Assembly (NCBI GenBank): GCA_046563655.1
Contig: CM102289.1
Coordinates: forward strand, 1-64,000
Length of the DNA: 64,000 nucleotides
Reading direction: 5' to 3'
Source: Yuukianura sp. NJ FZ-2021
Taxonomy: Eukaryota
Part shown: piece by piece, positions 24,001 to 38,100 of the stretch
How positions within the stretch are numbered: the first letter of the stretch is position 1
Layout of the letters: each line of letters opens with the position of its first letter
Program-made: the position numbers and the translations under genes
The notes under the pieces: model-generated
Databases searched by the model: none
Seen by the model: the letters and a program-made list of their open reading frames with translations, nothing else
What the model was told of the DNA's origin: nothing

Positions 24001-27000
24001 TGAGTTGATTTTCACCTTGAGCTGAGTTGATTTTCAACTTGAGCTGAGTTGATTTTCAACTTGAGCTGAGTTGATTTTCAACTTGAGCTGAGTTGATTTT
24101 CAACTTGAGCTGAGTTGATTTTCACCTTGAGCTGAGTTGATTTTCAACTTGAGCTGAGTTGATTTTCAACTTGAGTTGAATTGATTTTCAACTTGAGCTG
24201 AGTTGATTTTCAACTTGAGCTGAGTTGATTTTCAACTTGAGCTGAGTTGATTTTCAACTTGAGCTGAGTTGATTTTCAACTTGAGTTGAATTGATTTTCA
24301 CTTTGAGCTGAGTTGATTTTCAACTTGAGCTGAGTTGATTTTCAACTTGAGCTGAGTTGATTTTCACCTTGAGCTGAGTTGATTTTCAACTTGAGTTGAA
24401 TTGATTTTCAACTTGAGCTGAGTTGATTTTCAACTTGAGCTGAGTTGATTTTCAACTTGAGCTGAGTTGATTTTCAACTTGAGCTGAGTTGATTTTCAAC
24501 TTGAGCTGAGTTGATTTTCAACTTGAGCTGAGTTGATTTTCAACTTGAGCTGAGTTGATTTTCAACTTGAGCTGAGTTGATTTTCACCTTGAGCTGAGTT
24601 GATTTTCAACTTGAGCTGAGTTGATTTTCAACTTGAGCTGAGTTGATTTTCAACTTGAGCTGAGTTGATTTTCAACTTGAGCTGAGTTGATTTTCAACTT
24701 GAGCTGAGTTGATTTTCACCTTGAGCTGAGTTGATTTTCAGCTTGAGCTGAGTTGATTTTCACCTTGAGCTGAGTTGATTTTCACCTTGAGCTGAGTTGA
24801 TTTTCAACTTGAGCTGAGTTGATTTTCACCTTGAGCTGAGTTGATTTTCAACTTGAGCTGAGTTGATTTTCAACTTGAGCTGAGTTGATTTTCACCTTGA
24901 GCTGAGTTGATTTTCACCTTGAGCTGAGTTGATTTTCACCTTGAGCTGAGTTGATTTTCAACTTGAGCTGAGTTGATTTTCAACTTGAGCTGAGTTGATT
25001 TTCACCTTGAGCTGAGTTGATTTTCAACTTGAGCTGAGTTGATTTTCACCTTGAGCTGAGTTGATTTTCACCTTGAGCTGAGTTGATTTTCAACTTGAGC
25101 TGAGTTGATTTTCACCTTGAGCTGAGTTGATTTTCAACTTGAGCTGAGTTGATTTTCAACTTGAGCTGAGTTGATTTTCAACTTGAGCTGAGTTGATTTT
25201 CAACTTGAGCTGAGTTGATTTTCACCTTGAGCTGAGTTGATTTTCAACTTGAGCTGAGTTGATTTTCACCTTGAGCTGAGTTGATTTTCAACTTGAGCTG
25301 AGTTGATTTTCAACTTGAGCTGAGTTGATTTTCAACTTGAGCTGAGTTGATTTTCAACTTGAGCTGAGTTGATTTTCACCTTGAGCTGAGTTGATTTTCA
25401 ACTTGAGCTGAGTTGATTTTCACCTTGAGCTGAGTTGATTTTCAACTTGAGTTGAATTGATTTTCACCTTGAGCTGAGTTGATTTTCACCTTGAGCTGAG
25501 TTGATTTTCACCTTGAGCTGAGTTGATTTTCAACTTGAGCTGAGTTGATTTTCAACTTGAGCTGAGTTGATTTTCACCTTGAGCTGAGTTGATTTTCAAC
25601 TTGAGCTGAGTTGATTTTCAACTTGAGCTGAGTTGATTTTCACCTTGAGCTGAGTTGATTTTCACCTTGAGCTGAGTTGATTTTCACCTTGAGCTGAGTT
25701 GATTTTCAACTTGAGCTGAGTTGATTTTCACCTTGAGCTGAGTTGATTTTCAACTTGAGCTGAGTTGATTTTCAACTTGAGCTGAGTTGATTTTCAACTT
25801 GAGCTGAGTTGATTTTCAACTTGAGCTGAGTTGATTTTCACCTTGAGTTGAATTGATTTTCAACTTGAGCTGAGTTGATTTTCAACTTGAGCTGAGTTGA
25901 TTTTCAACTTGAGCTGAGTTGATTTTCAACTTGAGCTGAGTTGATTTTCAACTTGAGCTGAGTTGATTTTCAACTTGAGCTGAGTTGATTTTCAACTTGA
26001 GCTGAGTTGATTTTCACTTTGAGCTGAGTTGATTTTCAACTTGAGCTGAGTTGATTTTCAACTTGAGCTGAGTTGATTTTCAACTTGAGCTGAGTTGATT
26101 TTCAACTTGAGCTGAGTTGATTTTCACCTTGAGTTGAATTGATTTTCACCTTGAGCTGAGTTGATTTTCACCTTGAGCTGAGTTGATTTTCAACTTGAGC
26201 TGAGTTGATTTTCAACTTGAGCTGAGTTGATTTTCAACTTGAGCTGAGTTGATTTTCACCTTGAGCTGAGTTGATTTTCACCTTGAGCTGAGTTGATTTT
26301 CAACTTGAGCTGAGTTGATTTTCAACTTGAGTTGAATTGATTTTCACCTTGAGCTGAGTTGATTTTCACCTTGAGCTGAGTTGATTTTCACCTTGAGCTG
26401 AGTTGATTTTCACCTTGAGCTGAGTTGATTTTCAACTTGAGCTGAGTTGATTTTCACCTTGAGCTGAGTTGATTTTCAACTTGAGCTGAGTTGATTTTCA
26501 ACTTGAGCTGAGTTGATTTTCAACTTGAGCTGAGTTGATTTTCAACTTGAGCTGAGTTGATTTTCACCTTGAGTTGAATTGATTTTCAACTTGAGCTGAG
26601 TTGATTTTCAACTTGAGTTGAATTGATTTTCAACTTGAGCTGAGTTGATTTTCAACTTGAGCTGAGTTGATTTTCAACTTGAGCTGAGTTGATTTTCAAC
26701 TTGAGCTGAGTTGATTTTCAACTTGAGTTGAATTGATTTTCACTTTGAGCTGAGTTGATTTTCAACTTGAGCTGAGTTGATTTTCAACTTGAGCTGAGTT
26801 GATTTTCAACTTGAGCTGAGTTGATTTTCAACTTGAGCTGAGTTGATTTTCACCTTGAGCTGAGTTGATTTTCAACTTGAGCTGAGTTGATTTTCAACTT
26901 GAGCTGAGTTGATTTTCAACTTGAGCTGAGTTGATTTTCAACTTGAGCTGAGTTGATTTTCACCTTGAGTTGAATTGATTTTCACCTTGAGCTGAGTTGA

Positions 27001-30000
27001 TTTTCAACTTGAGCTGAGTTGATTTTCAACTTGAGCTGAGTTGATTTTCAACTTGAGCTGAGTTGATTTTCAACTTGAGCTGAGTTGATTTTCAACTTGA
27101 GCTGAGTTGATTTTCAACTTGAGCTGAGTTGATTTTCACCTTGAGTTGAATTGATTTTCACCTTGAGCTGAGTTGATTTTCAACCTTGAGCTGAGTTGAT
27201 TTTCAACTTGAGCTGAGTTGATTTTCAACTTGAGCTGAGTTGATTTTCAACTTGAGCTGAGTTGATTTTCAACTTGAGCTGAGTTGATTTTCAACTTGAG
27301 CTGAGTTGATTTTCACCTTGAGCTGAGTTGATTTTCACCTTGAGCTGAGTTGATTTTCAACTTGAGCTGAGTTGATTTTCACCTTGAGCTGAGTTGATTT
27401 TCAACTTGAGCTGAGTTGATTTTCACCTTGAGCTGAGTTGATTTTCACCTTGAGCTGAGTTGATTTTCAACTTGAGCTGAGTTGATTTTCAACTTGAGCT
27501 GAGTTGATTTTCAACTTGAGCTGAGTTGATTTTCAACTTGAGCTGAGTTGATTTTCACCTTGAGCTGAGTTGATTTTCAGCTTGAGCTGAGTTGATTTTC
27601 AACTTGAGCTGAGTTGATTTTCACCTTGAGCTGAGTTGATTTTCAACTTGAGCTGAGTTGATTTTCAACTTGAGCTGAGTTGATTTTCAACTTGAGCTGA
27701 GTTGATTTTCACCTTGAGCTGAGTTGATTTTCACCTTGAGCTGAGTTGATTTTCACCTTGAGCTGAGTTGATTTTCACCTTGAGCTGAGTTGATTTTCAC
27801 CTTGAGCTGAGTTGATTTTCACCTTGAGCTGAGTTGATTTTCAACTTGAGCTGAGTTGATTTTCAACTTGAGCTGAGTTGATTTTCAACTTGAGCTGAGT
27901 TGATTTTCACCTTGAGCTGAGTTGATTTTCACCTTGAGCTGAGTTGATTTTCAGCTTGAGCTGAGTTGATTTTCAACTTGAGCTGAGTTGATTTTCACCT
28001 TGAGCTGAGTTGATTTTCACCTTGAGCTGAGTTGATTTTCACCTTGAGCTGAGTTGATTTTCAACTTGAGCTGAGTTGATTTTCAACTTGAGCTGAGTTG
28101 ATTTTCACCTTGAGCTGAGTTGATTTTCACCTTGAGCTGAGTTGATTTTCACCTTGAGCTGAGTTGATTTTCAACTTGAGCTGAGTTGATTTTCAACTTG
28201 AGCTGAGTTGATTTTCACCTTGAGCTGAGTTGATTTTCAGCTTGAGCTGAGTTGATTTTCAACTTGAGTTGAATTGATTTTCACCTTGAGCTGAGTTGAT
28301 TTTCACCTTGAGCTGAGTTGATTTTCACCTTGAGCTGAGTTGATTTTCAACTTGAGCTGAGTTGATTTTCAACTTGAGCTGAGTTGATTTTCACCTTGAG
28401 CTGAGTTGATTTTCACCTTGAGCTGAGTTGATTTTCACCTTGAGCTGAGTTGATTTTCAACTTGAGCTGAGTTGATTTTCAACTTGAGCTGAGTTGATTT
28501 TCACCTTGAGCTGAGTTGATTTTCAACTTGAGCTGAGTTGATTTTCAACTTGAGCTGAGTTGATTTTCACCTTGAGCTGAGTTGATTTTCACCTTGAGCT
28601 GAGTTGATTTTCACCTTGAGCTGAGTTGATTTTCAACTTGAGCTGAGTTGATTTTCACCTTGAGCTGAGTTGATTTTCAACTTGAGCTGAGTTGATTTTC
28701 AACTTGAGCTGAGTTGATTTTCAACTTGAGCTGAGTTGATTTTCAACTTGAGCTGAGTTGATTTTCACCTTGAGCTGAGTTGATTTTCAACTTGAGCTGA
28801 GTTGATTTTCACCTTGAGCTGAGTTGATTTTCAACTTGAGCTGAGTTGATTTTCAACTTGAGCTGAGTTGATTTTCAACTTGAGCTGAGTTGATTTTCAA
28901 CTTGAGCTGAGTTGATTTTCAACTTGAGCTGAGTTGATTTTCAACTTGAGCTGAGTTGATTTTCACCTTGAGCTGAGTTGATTTTCAACTTGAGCTGAGT
29001 TGATTTTCAACTTGAGCTGAGTTGATTTTCAACTTGAGCTGAGTTGATTTTCACCTTGAGCTGAGTTGATTTTCACCTTGAGCTGAGTTGATTTTCAACT
29101 TGAGCTGAGTTGATTTTCAACTTGAGCTGAGTTGATTTTCAACTTGAGCTGAGTTGATTTTCACCTTGAGCTGAGTTGATTTTCAACTTGAGCTGAGTTG
29201 ATTTTCAACTTGAGCTGAGTTGATTTTCAACTTGAGCTGAGTTGATTTTCAACTTGAGCTGAGTTGATTTTCAACTTGAGCTGAGTTGATTTTCAACTTG
29301 AGCTGAGTTGATTTTCAACTTGAGCTGAGTTGATTTTCACCTTGAGCTGAGTTGATTTTCACCTTGAGCTGAGTTGATTTTCAACTTGAGCTGAGTTGAT
29401 TTTCACCTTGAGCTGAGTTGATTTTCAACTTGAGCTGAGTTGATTTTCAACTTGAGCTGAGTTGATTTTCAACTTGAGCTGAGTTGATTTTCAACTTGAG
29501 CTGAGTTGATTTTCAACTTGAGCTGAGTTGATTTTCAACTTGAGCTGAGTTGATTTTCAACTTGAGCTGAGTTGATTTTCACCTTGAGCTGAGTTGATTT
29601 TCACCTTGAGCTGAGTTGATTTTCAACTTGAGCTGAGTTGATTTTCAACTTGAGCTGAGTTGATTTTCACCTTGAGCTGAGTTGATTTTCAACTTGAGCT
29701 GAGTTGATTTTCACCTTGAGCTGAGTTGATTTTCAACTTGAGCTGAGTTGATTTTCAACTTGAGCTGAGTTGATTTTCACCTTGAGCTGAGTTGATTTTC
29801 AACTTGAGCTGAGTTGATTTTCAACTTGAGCTGAGTTGATTTTCAACTTGAGCTGAGTTGATTTTCAACTTGAGCTGAGTTGATTTTCACCTTGAGCTGA
29901 GTTGATTTTCAACTTGAGCTGAGTTGATTTTCAACTTGAGCTGAGTTGATTTTCACCTTGAGCTGAGTTGATTTTCAACTTGAGCTGAGTTGATTTTCAC

Positions 30001-31331
30001 CTTGAGCTGAGTTGATTTTCAACTTGAGCTGAGTTGATTTTCAACTTGAGCTGAGTTGATTTTCAACTTGAGCTGAGTTGATTTTCAACTTGAGCTGAGT
30101 TGATTTTCAACTTGAGCTGAGTTGATTTTCAACTTGAGCTGAGTTGATTTTCAACTTGAGCTGAGTTGATTTTCAACTTGAGCTGAGTTGATTTTCACCT
30201 TGAGCTGAGTTGATTTTCACCTTGAGCTGAGTTGATTTTCAACTTGAGCTGAGTTGATTTTCACCTTGAGCTGAGTTGATTTTCACCTTGAGCTGAGTTG
30301 ATTTTCAACTTGAGCTGAGTTGATTTTCAACTTGAGTTGAATTGATTTTCACCTTGAGCTGAGTTGATTTTCACCTTGAGCTGAGTTGATTTTCAACTTG
30401 AGCTGAGTTGATTTTCAACTTGAGCTGAGTTGATTTTCAACTTGAGCTGAGTTGATTTTCACCTTGAGCTGAGTTGATTTTCACCTTGAGCTGAGTTGAT
30501 TTTCACCTTGAGCTGAGTTGATTTTCAACTTGAGCTGAGTTGATTTTCAACTTGAGCTGAGTTGATTTTCACCTTGAGCTGAGTTGATTTTCAACTTGAG
30601 CTGAGTTGATTTTCAACTTGAGCTGAGTTGATTTTCACCTTGAGCTGAGTTGATTTTCAACTTGAGCTGAGTTGATTTTCACCTTGAGCTGAGTTGATTT
30701 TCAACTTGAGCTGAGTTGATTTTCAACTTGAGCTGAGTTGATTTTCACCTTGAGCTGAGTTGATTTTCACCTTGAGCTGAGTTGATTTTCACCTTGAGCT
30801 GAGTTGATTTTCAACTTGAGCTGAGTTGATTTTCAACTTGAGCTGAGTTGATTTTCAACTTGAGCTGAGTTGATTTTCAACTTGAGCTGAGTTGATTTTC
30901 AACTTGAGCTGAGTTGATTTTCAACTTGAGCTGAGTTGATTTTCAACTTGAGCTGAGTTGATTTTCAACTTGAGCTGAGTTGATTTTCAACTTGAGCTGA
31001 GTTGATTTTCACCTTGAGCTGAGTTGATTTTCACCTTGAGCTGAGTTGATTTTCAACTTGAGCTGAGTTGATTTTCAACTTGAGCTGAGTTGATTTTCAA
31101 CTTGAGCTGAGTTGATTTTCAACTTGAGCTGAGTTGATTTTCACCTTGAGTTGAATTGATTTTCACCTTGAGCTGAGTTGATTTTCAACTTGAGCTGAGT
31201 TGATTTTCAACTTGAGCTCAGTTGATTTTCAACTTGAGCTGAGTTGATTTTCAACTTGAGCTGAGTTGATTTTCAACTTGAGCTGAGTTGATTTTCAACT
31301 TGAGCTGAGTTGATTTTCAACTTGAGCTGAG
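15026..31331. repeat. 22-bp satellite (gttgattttcaacttgagctga), ~740 copies
   Basis: Homogeneous tandem array; main variants are caac/cacc and gagctgag/gagttgaa. Confidence 0.99.
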
Positions 31332-31827
31332 ATCTGGAAATATTTGGACATACCTGTATGTATGAAGGACTAAAACCATGATGCCCTCACAGATTAAAAA
31401 ATTAAGCCTTGACAATCTTTTTCTGTAGAAGCTGATGGGATAAATTTTTTGGCAAAGTGAGGTCAATGGAAGTAGAAGTGCTAAAAGTTTTTGCTGCCTA
31501 TTGTTTTACTAGTTGCCAATTTATCTTGTCCATGCAATTTTCAAAGCTTTTTGCAAATTTTATGACACCATTACCTAACTCACTATTATCAATCTGATAC
31601 TGTGATAATCCAAAAAAAAATTATAGCAGAATGAAATCAGCACCAACTGAACACAAATTTACTAAAAGCAGTTCATGGTCAAGTCCAAAGTGTAAAAACA
31701 TCGACACAAAAACAACAATTTCAGGACAATTAAATCAAATTCTGTTTATGTTTAACACATTTTACGACAATTTTATGTACCTATGTATATAGAGTTGTGT
31801 AAATTTCAAAAAAAAATTATTGGGATG

Positions 31828-32005
31828 TTGGACTTCCATTTTGGAGACCCATTTCGAGTTCCATTTTGGAGTCCTATTTGGAGTGGTATTCGGACTTCCA
31901 GACTTCCACCTTGAAGTTCTATTTGGAAATCCAGTTTAAATCCCCATTTGGACTTCCATTTTGAGTTGAAATGGAGGGCTTTCTAAGTCCAAACTGGACT
32001 GCCAT
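31828..32005. repeat. Second patch of the ttggacttccattttgagttgaaa minisatellite family
   Basis: Shares motifs with 3996-4916. Confidence 0.75.
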
Positions 32006-32192
32006 TCGTTGGGAGATTGGGTTGAGAAAGGCCAACCCTAACAAGTTCACTTAGCTAACCAAACCTCGGTTCCCCCGTTTTCTATGTGTTCTTGTATGAC
32101 TAAGCTTGCCGTTCACCGAGTAGGTTGAGCCTAAGAAGGTTGGGTGAACACAAAACCTATCGCACCTATCTCTAACGGTTAGGTTAGCCAAC

Positions 32193-35100
32193 CGGTTGGT
32201 TGGTCAAATAGGTTGATGAGTTTAGTGGGTCGGTTGGTTGGTCAAATAGGTTGATGAGTTTAGTGGGTCGGTTGGTTGGTCAAATAGGTTGATGAGTTTA
32301 GTGGGTCGGTTGGTTGGTCAAATAGGTTGATGAGTTTAGTGGGTCGGTTGGTTGGTCAAATAGGTTGATGAGTTTAGTGGGTCGGTTGGTTGGTCAAATA
32401 GGTTGATGAGTTTAGTGGGTCGGTTGGTTGGTCAAATAGGTTGATGAGTTTAGTGGGTCGGTTGGTTGGTCAAATAGGTTGATGAGTTTAGTGGGTCGGT
32501 TGGTTGGTCAAATAGGTTGATGAGTTTAGTGGGTCGGTTGGTTGGTCAAATAGGTTGATGAGTTTAGTGGGTCGGTTGGTTGGTCAAATAGGTTGATGAG
32601 TTTAGTGGGTCGGTTGGTTGGTCAAATAGGTTGATGAGTTTAGTGGGTCGGTTGGTTGGTCAAATAGGTTGATGAGTTTAGTGGGTCGGTTGGTTGGTCA
32701 AATAGGTTGATGAGTTTAGTGGGTCGGTTGGTTGGTCAAATAGGTTGATGAGTTTAGTGGGTCGGTTGGTTGGTCAAATAGGTTGATGAGTTTAGTGGGT
32801 CGGTTGGTTGGTCAAATAGGTTGATGAGTTTAGTGGGTCGGTTGGTTGGTCAAATAGGTTGATGAGTTTAGTGGGTCGGTTGGTTGGTCAAATAGGTTGA
32901 TGAGTTTAGTGGGTCGGTTGGTTGGTCAAATAGGTTGATGAGTTTAGTGGGTCGGTTGGTTGGTCAAATAGGTTGATGAGTTTAGTGGGTCGGTTGGTTG
33001 GTCAAATAGGTTGATGAGTTTAGTGGGTCGGTTGGTTGGTCAAATTGGTTTCTGAGTTTAGTGGGTCGGTTGGTTGGTCAAATAGGTTGATGAGTTTAGT
33101 GGGTCGGTTGGTTGGTCAAATAGGTTGATGAGTTTAGTGGGTCGGTTGGTTGGTCAAATAGGTTGATGAGTTTAGTGGGTCGGTTGGTTGGTCAAATAGG
33201 TTGATGAGTTTAGTGGGTCGGTTGGTTGGTCAAATAGGTTGATGAGTTTAGTGGGTCGGTTGGTTGGTCAAATTGGTTTCTGAGTTTAGTGGGTCGGTTG
33301 GTTGGTCAAATAGGTTGATGAGTTTAGTGGGTCGGTTGGTTGGTCAAATAGGTTGATGAGTTTAGTGGGTCGGTTGGTTGGTCAAATAGGTTGATGAGTT
33401 TAGTGGGTCGGTTGGTTGGTCAAATAGGTTGATGAGTTTAGTGGGTCGGTTGGTTGGTCAAATAGGTTGATGAGTTTAGTGGGTCGGTTGGTTGGTCAAA
33501 TAGGTTGATGAGTTTAGTGGGTCGGTTGGTTGGTCAAATAGGTTGATGAGTTTAGTGGGTCGGTTGGTTGGTCAAATAGGTTGATGAGTTTAGTGGGTCG
33601 GTTGGTTGGTCAAATAGGTTGATGAGTTTAGTGGGTCGGTTGGTTGGTCAAATAGGTTGATGAGTTTAGTGGGTCGGTTGGTTGGTCAAATAGGTTGATG
33701 AGTTTAGTGGGTCGGTTGGTTGGTCAAATAGGTTGATGAGTTTAGTGGGTCGGTTGGTTGGTCAAATAGGTTGATGAGTTTAGTGGGTCGGTTGGTTGGT
33801 CAAATAGGTTGATGAGTTTAGTGGGTCGGTTGGTTGGTCAAATAGGTTGATGAGTTTAGTGGGTCGGTTGGTTGGTCAAATAGGTTGATGAGTTTAGTGG
33901 GTCGGTTGGTTGGTCAAATAGGTTGATGAGTTTAGTGGGTCGGTTGGTTGGTCAAATAGGTTGATGAGTTTAGTGGGTCGGTTGGTTGGTCAAATAGGTT
34001 GATGAGTTTAGTGGGTCGGTTGGTTGGTCAAATAGGTTGATGAGTTTAGTGGGTCGGTTGGTTGGTCAAATTGGTTGATGAGTTTAGTGGGTCGGTTGGT
34101 TGGTCAAATAGGTTGATGAGTTTAGTGGGTCGGTTGGTTGGTCAAATAGGTTGATGAGTTTAGTGGGTCGGTTGGTTGGTCAAATAGGTTGATGAGTTTA
34201 GTGGGTCGGTTGGTTGGTCAAATAGGTTGATGAGTTTAGTGGGTCGGTTGGTTGGTCAAATAGGTTGATGAGTTTAGTGGGTCGGTTGGTTGGTCAAATA
34301 GGTTGATGAGTTTAGTGGGTCGGTTGGTTGGTCAAATAGGTTGATGAGTTTAGTGGGTCGGTTGGTTGGTCAAATAGGTTGATGAGTTTAGTGGGTCGGT
34401 TGGTTGGTCAAATAGGTTGATGAGTTTAGTGGGTCGGTTGGTTGGTCAAATTGGTTGATGAGTTTAGTGGGTCGGTTGGTTGGTCAAATAGGTTGATGAG
34501 TTTAGTGGGTCGGTTGGTTGGTCAAATAGGTTGATGAGTTTAGTGGGTCGGTTGGTTGGTCAAATAGGTTGATGAGTTTAGTGGGTCGGTTGGTTGGTCA
34601 AATAGGTTGATGAGTTTAGTGGGTCGGTTGGTTGGTCAAATAGGTTGATGAGTTTAGTGGGTCGGTTGGTTGGTCAAATAGGTTGATGAGTTTAGTGGGT
34701 CGGTTGGTTGGTCAAATAGGTTGATGAGTTTAGTGGGTCGGTTGGTTGGTCAAATAGGTTGATGAGTTTAGTGGGTCGGTTGGTTGGTCAAATAGGTTGA
34801 TGAGTTTAGTGGGTCGGTTGGTTGGTCAAATAGGTTGATGAGTTTAGTGGGTCGGTTGGTTGGTCAAATAGGTTGATGAGTTTAGTGGGTCGGTTGGTTG
34901 GTCAAATAGGTTGATGAGTTTAGTGGGTCGGTTGGTTGGTCAAATAGGTTGATGAGTTTAGTGGGTCGGTTGGTTGGTCAAATAGGTTGATGAGTTTAGT
35001 GGGTCGGTTGGTTGGTCAAATAGGTTGATGAGTTTAGTGGGTCGGTTGGTTGGTCAAATAGGTTGATGAGTTTAGTGGGTCGGTTGGTTGGTCAAATAGG

Positions 35101-38100
35101 TTGATGAGTTTAGTGGGTCGGTTGGTTGGTCAAATAGGTTGATGAGTTTAGTGGGTCGGTTGGTTGGTCAAATAGGTTGATGAGTTTAGTGGGTCGGTTG
35201 GTTGGTCAAATAGGTTGATGAGTTTAGTGGGTCGGTTGGTTGGTCAAATTGGTTTCTGAGTTTAGTGGGTCGGTTGGTTGGTCAAATAGGTTGATGAGTT
35301 TAGTGGGTCGGTTGGTTGGTCAAATAGGTTGATGAGTTTAGTGGGTCGGTTGGTTGGTCAAATAGGTTGATGAGTTTAGTGGGTCGGTTGGTTGGTCAAA
35401 TAGGTTGATGAGTTTAGTGGGTCGGTTGGTTGGTCAAATAGGTTGATGAGTTTAGTGGGTCGGTTGGTTGGTCAAATAGGTTGATGAGTTTAGTGGGTCG
35501 GTTGGTTGGTCAAATAGGTTGATGAGTTTAGTGGGTCGGTTGGTTGGTCAAATAGGTTGATGAGTTTAGTGGGTCGGTTGGTTGGTCAAATAGGTTGATG
35601 AGTTTAGTGGGTCGGTTGGTTGGTCAAATAGGTTGATGAGTTTAGTGGGTCGGTTGGTTGGTCAAATAGGTTGATGAGTTTAGTGGGTCGGTTGGTTGGT
35701 CAAATAGGTTGATGAGTTTAGTGGGTCGGTTGGTTGGTCAAATAGGTTGATGAGTTTAGTGGGTCGGTTGGTTGGTCAAATAGGTTGATGAGTTTAGTGG
35801 GTCGGTTGGTTGGTCAAATAGGTTGATGAGTTTAGTGGGTCGGTTGGTTGGTCAAATAGGTTGATGAGTTTAGTGGGTCGGTTGGTTGGTCAAATAGGTT
35901 GATGAGTTTAGTGGGTCGGTTGGTTGGTCAAATAGGTTGATGAGTTTAGTGGGTCGGTTGGTTGGTCAAATAGGTTGATGAGTTTAGTGGGTCGGTTGGT
36001 TGGTCAAATTGGTTTCTGAGTTTAGTGGGTCGGTTGGTTGGTCAAATAGGTTGATGAGTTTAGTGGGTCGGTTGGTTGGTCAAATAGGTTGATGAGTTTA
36101 GTGGGTCGGTTGGTTGGTCAAATAGGTTGATGAGTTTAGTGGGTCGGTTGGTTGGTCAAATAGGTTGATGAGTTTAGTGGGTCGGTTGGTTGGTCAAATA
36201 GGTTGATGAGTTTAGTGGGTCGGTTGGTTGGTCAAATAGGTTGATGAGTTTAGTGGGTCGGTTGGTTGGTCAAATAGGTTGATGAGTTTAGTGGGTCGGT
36301 TGGTTGGTCAAATAGGTTGATGAGTTTAGTGGGTCGGTTGGTTGGTCAAATAGGTTGATGAGTTTAGTGGGTCGGTTGGTTGGTCAAATTGGTTTCTGAG
36401 TTTAGTGGGTCGGTTGGTTGGTCAAATAGGTTGATGAGTTTAGTGGGTCGGTTGGTTGGTCAAATAGGTTGATGAGTTTAGTGGGTCGGTTGGTTGGTCA
36501 AATAGGTTGATGAGTTTAGTGGGTCGGTTGGTTGGTCAAATTGGTTTCTGAGTTTAGTGGGTCGGTTGGTTGGTCAAATTGGTTTCTGAGTTTAGTGGGT
36601 CGGTTGGTTGGTCAAATTGGTTGATCAGTTTAGTGGGTCGGTTGGTTGGTCAAATAGGTTGATGAGTTTAGTGGGTCGGTTGGTTGGTCAAATTGGTTTC
36701 TGAGTTTAGTGGGTCGGTTGGTTGGTCAAATAGGTTGATGAGTTTAGTGGGTCGGTTGGTTGGTCAAATAGGTTGATGAGTTTAGTGGGTCGGTTGGTTG
36801 GTCAAATAGGTTGATGAGTTTAGTGGGTCGGTTGGTTGGTCAAATAGGTTGATGAGTTTAGTGGGTCGGTTGGTTGGTCAAATAGGTTGATGAGTTTAGT
36901 GGGTCGGTTGGTTGGTCAAATAGGTTGATGAGTTTAGTGGGTCGGTTGGTTGGTCAAATAGGTTGATGAGTTTAGTGGGTCGGTTGGTTGGTCAAATAGG
37001 TTGATGAGTTTAGTGGGTCGGTTGGTTGGTCAAATAGGTTGATGAGTTTAGTGGGTCGGTTGGTTGGTCAAATAGGTTGATGAGTTTAGTGGGTCGGTTG
37101 GTTGGTCAAATAGGTTGATGAGTTTAGTGGGTCGGTTGGTTGGTCAAATTGGTTTCTGAGTTTAGTGGGTCGGTTGGTTGGTCAAATAGGTTGATGAGTT
37201 TAGTGGGTCGGTTGGTTGGTCAAATAGGTTGATGAGTTTAGTGGGTCGGTTGGTTGGTCAAATAGGTTGATGAGTTTAGTGGGTCGGTTGGTTGGTCAAA
37301 TTGGTTTCTGAGTTTAGTGGGTCGGTTGGTTGGTCAAATAGGTTGATGAGTTTAGTGGGTCGGTTGGTTGGTCAAATAGGTTGATGAGTTTAGTGGGTCG
37401 GTTGGTTGGTCAAATAGGTTGATGAGTTTAGTGGGTCGGTTGGTTGGTCAAATTGGTTTCTGAGTTTAGTGGGTCGGTTGGTTGGTCAAATAGGTTGATG
37501 AGTTTAGTGGGTCGGTTGGTTGGTCAAATAGGTTGATGAGTTTAGTGGGTCGGTTGGTTGGTCAAATAGGTTGATGAGTTTAGTGGGTCGGTTGGTTGGT
37601 CAAATAGGTTGATGAGTTTAGTGGGTCGGTTGGTTGGTCAAATAGGTTGATGAGTTTAGTGGGTCGGTTGGTTGGTCAAATAGGTTGATGAGTTTAGTGG
37701 GTCGGTTGGTTGGTCAAATAGGTTGATGAGTTTAGTGGGTCGGTTGGTTGGTCAAATAGGTTGATGAGTTTAGTGGGTCGGTTGGTTGGTCAAATAGGTT
37801 GATGAGTTTAGTGGGTCGGTTGGTTGGTCAAATAGGTTGATGAGTTTAGTGGGTCGGTTGGTTGGTCAAATAGGTTGATGAGTTTAGTGGGTCGGTTGGT
37901 TGGTCAAATAGGTTGATGAGTTTAGTGGGTCGGTTGGTTGGTCAAATAGGTTGATGAGTTTAGTGGGTCGGTTGGTTGGTCAAATAGGTTGATGAGTTTA
38001 GTGGGTCGGTTGGTTGGTCAAATAGGTTGATGAGTTTAGTGGGTCGGTTGGTTGGTCAAATAGGTTGATGAGTTTAGTGGGTCGGTTGGTTGGTCAAATT

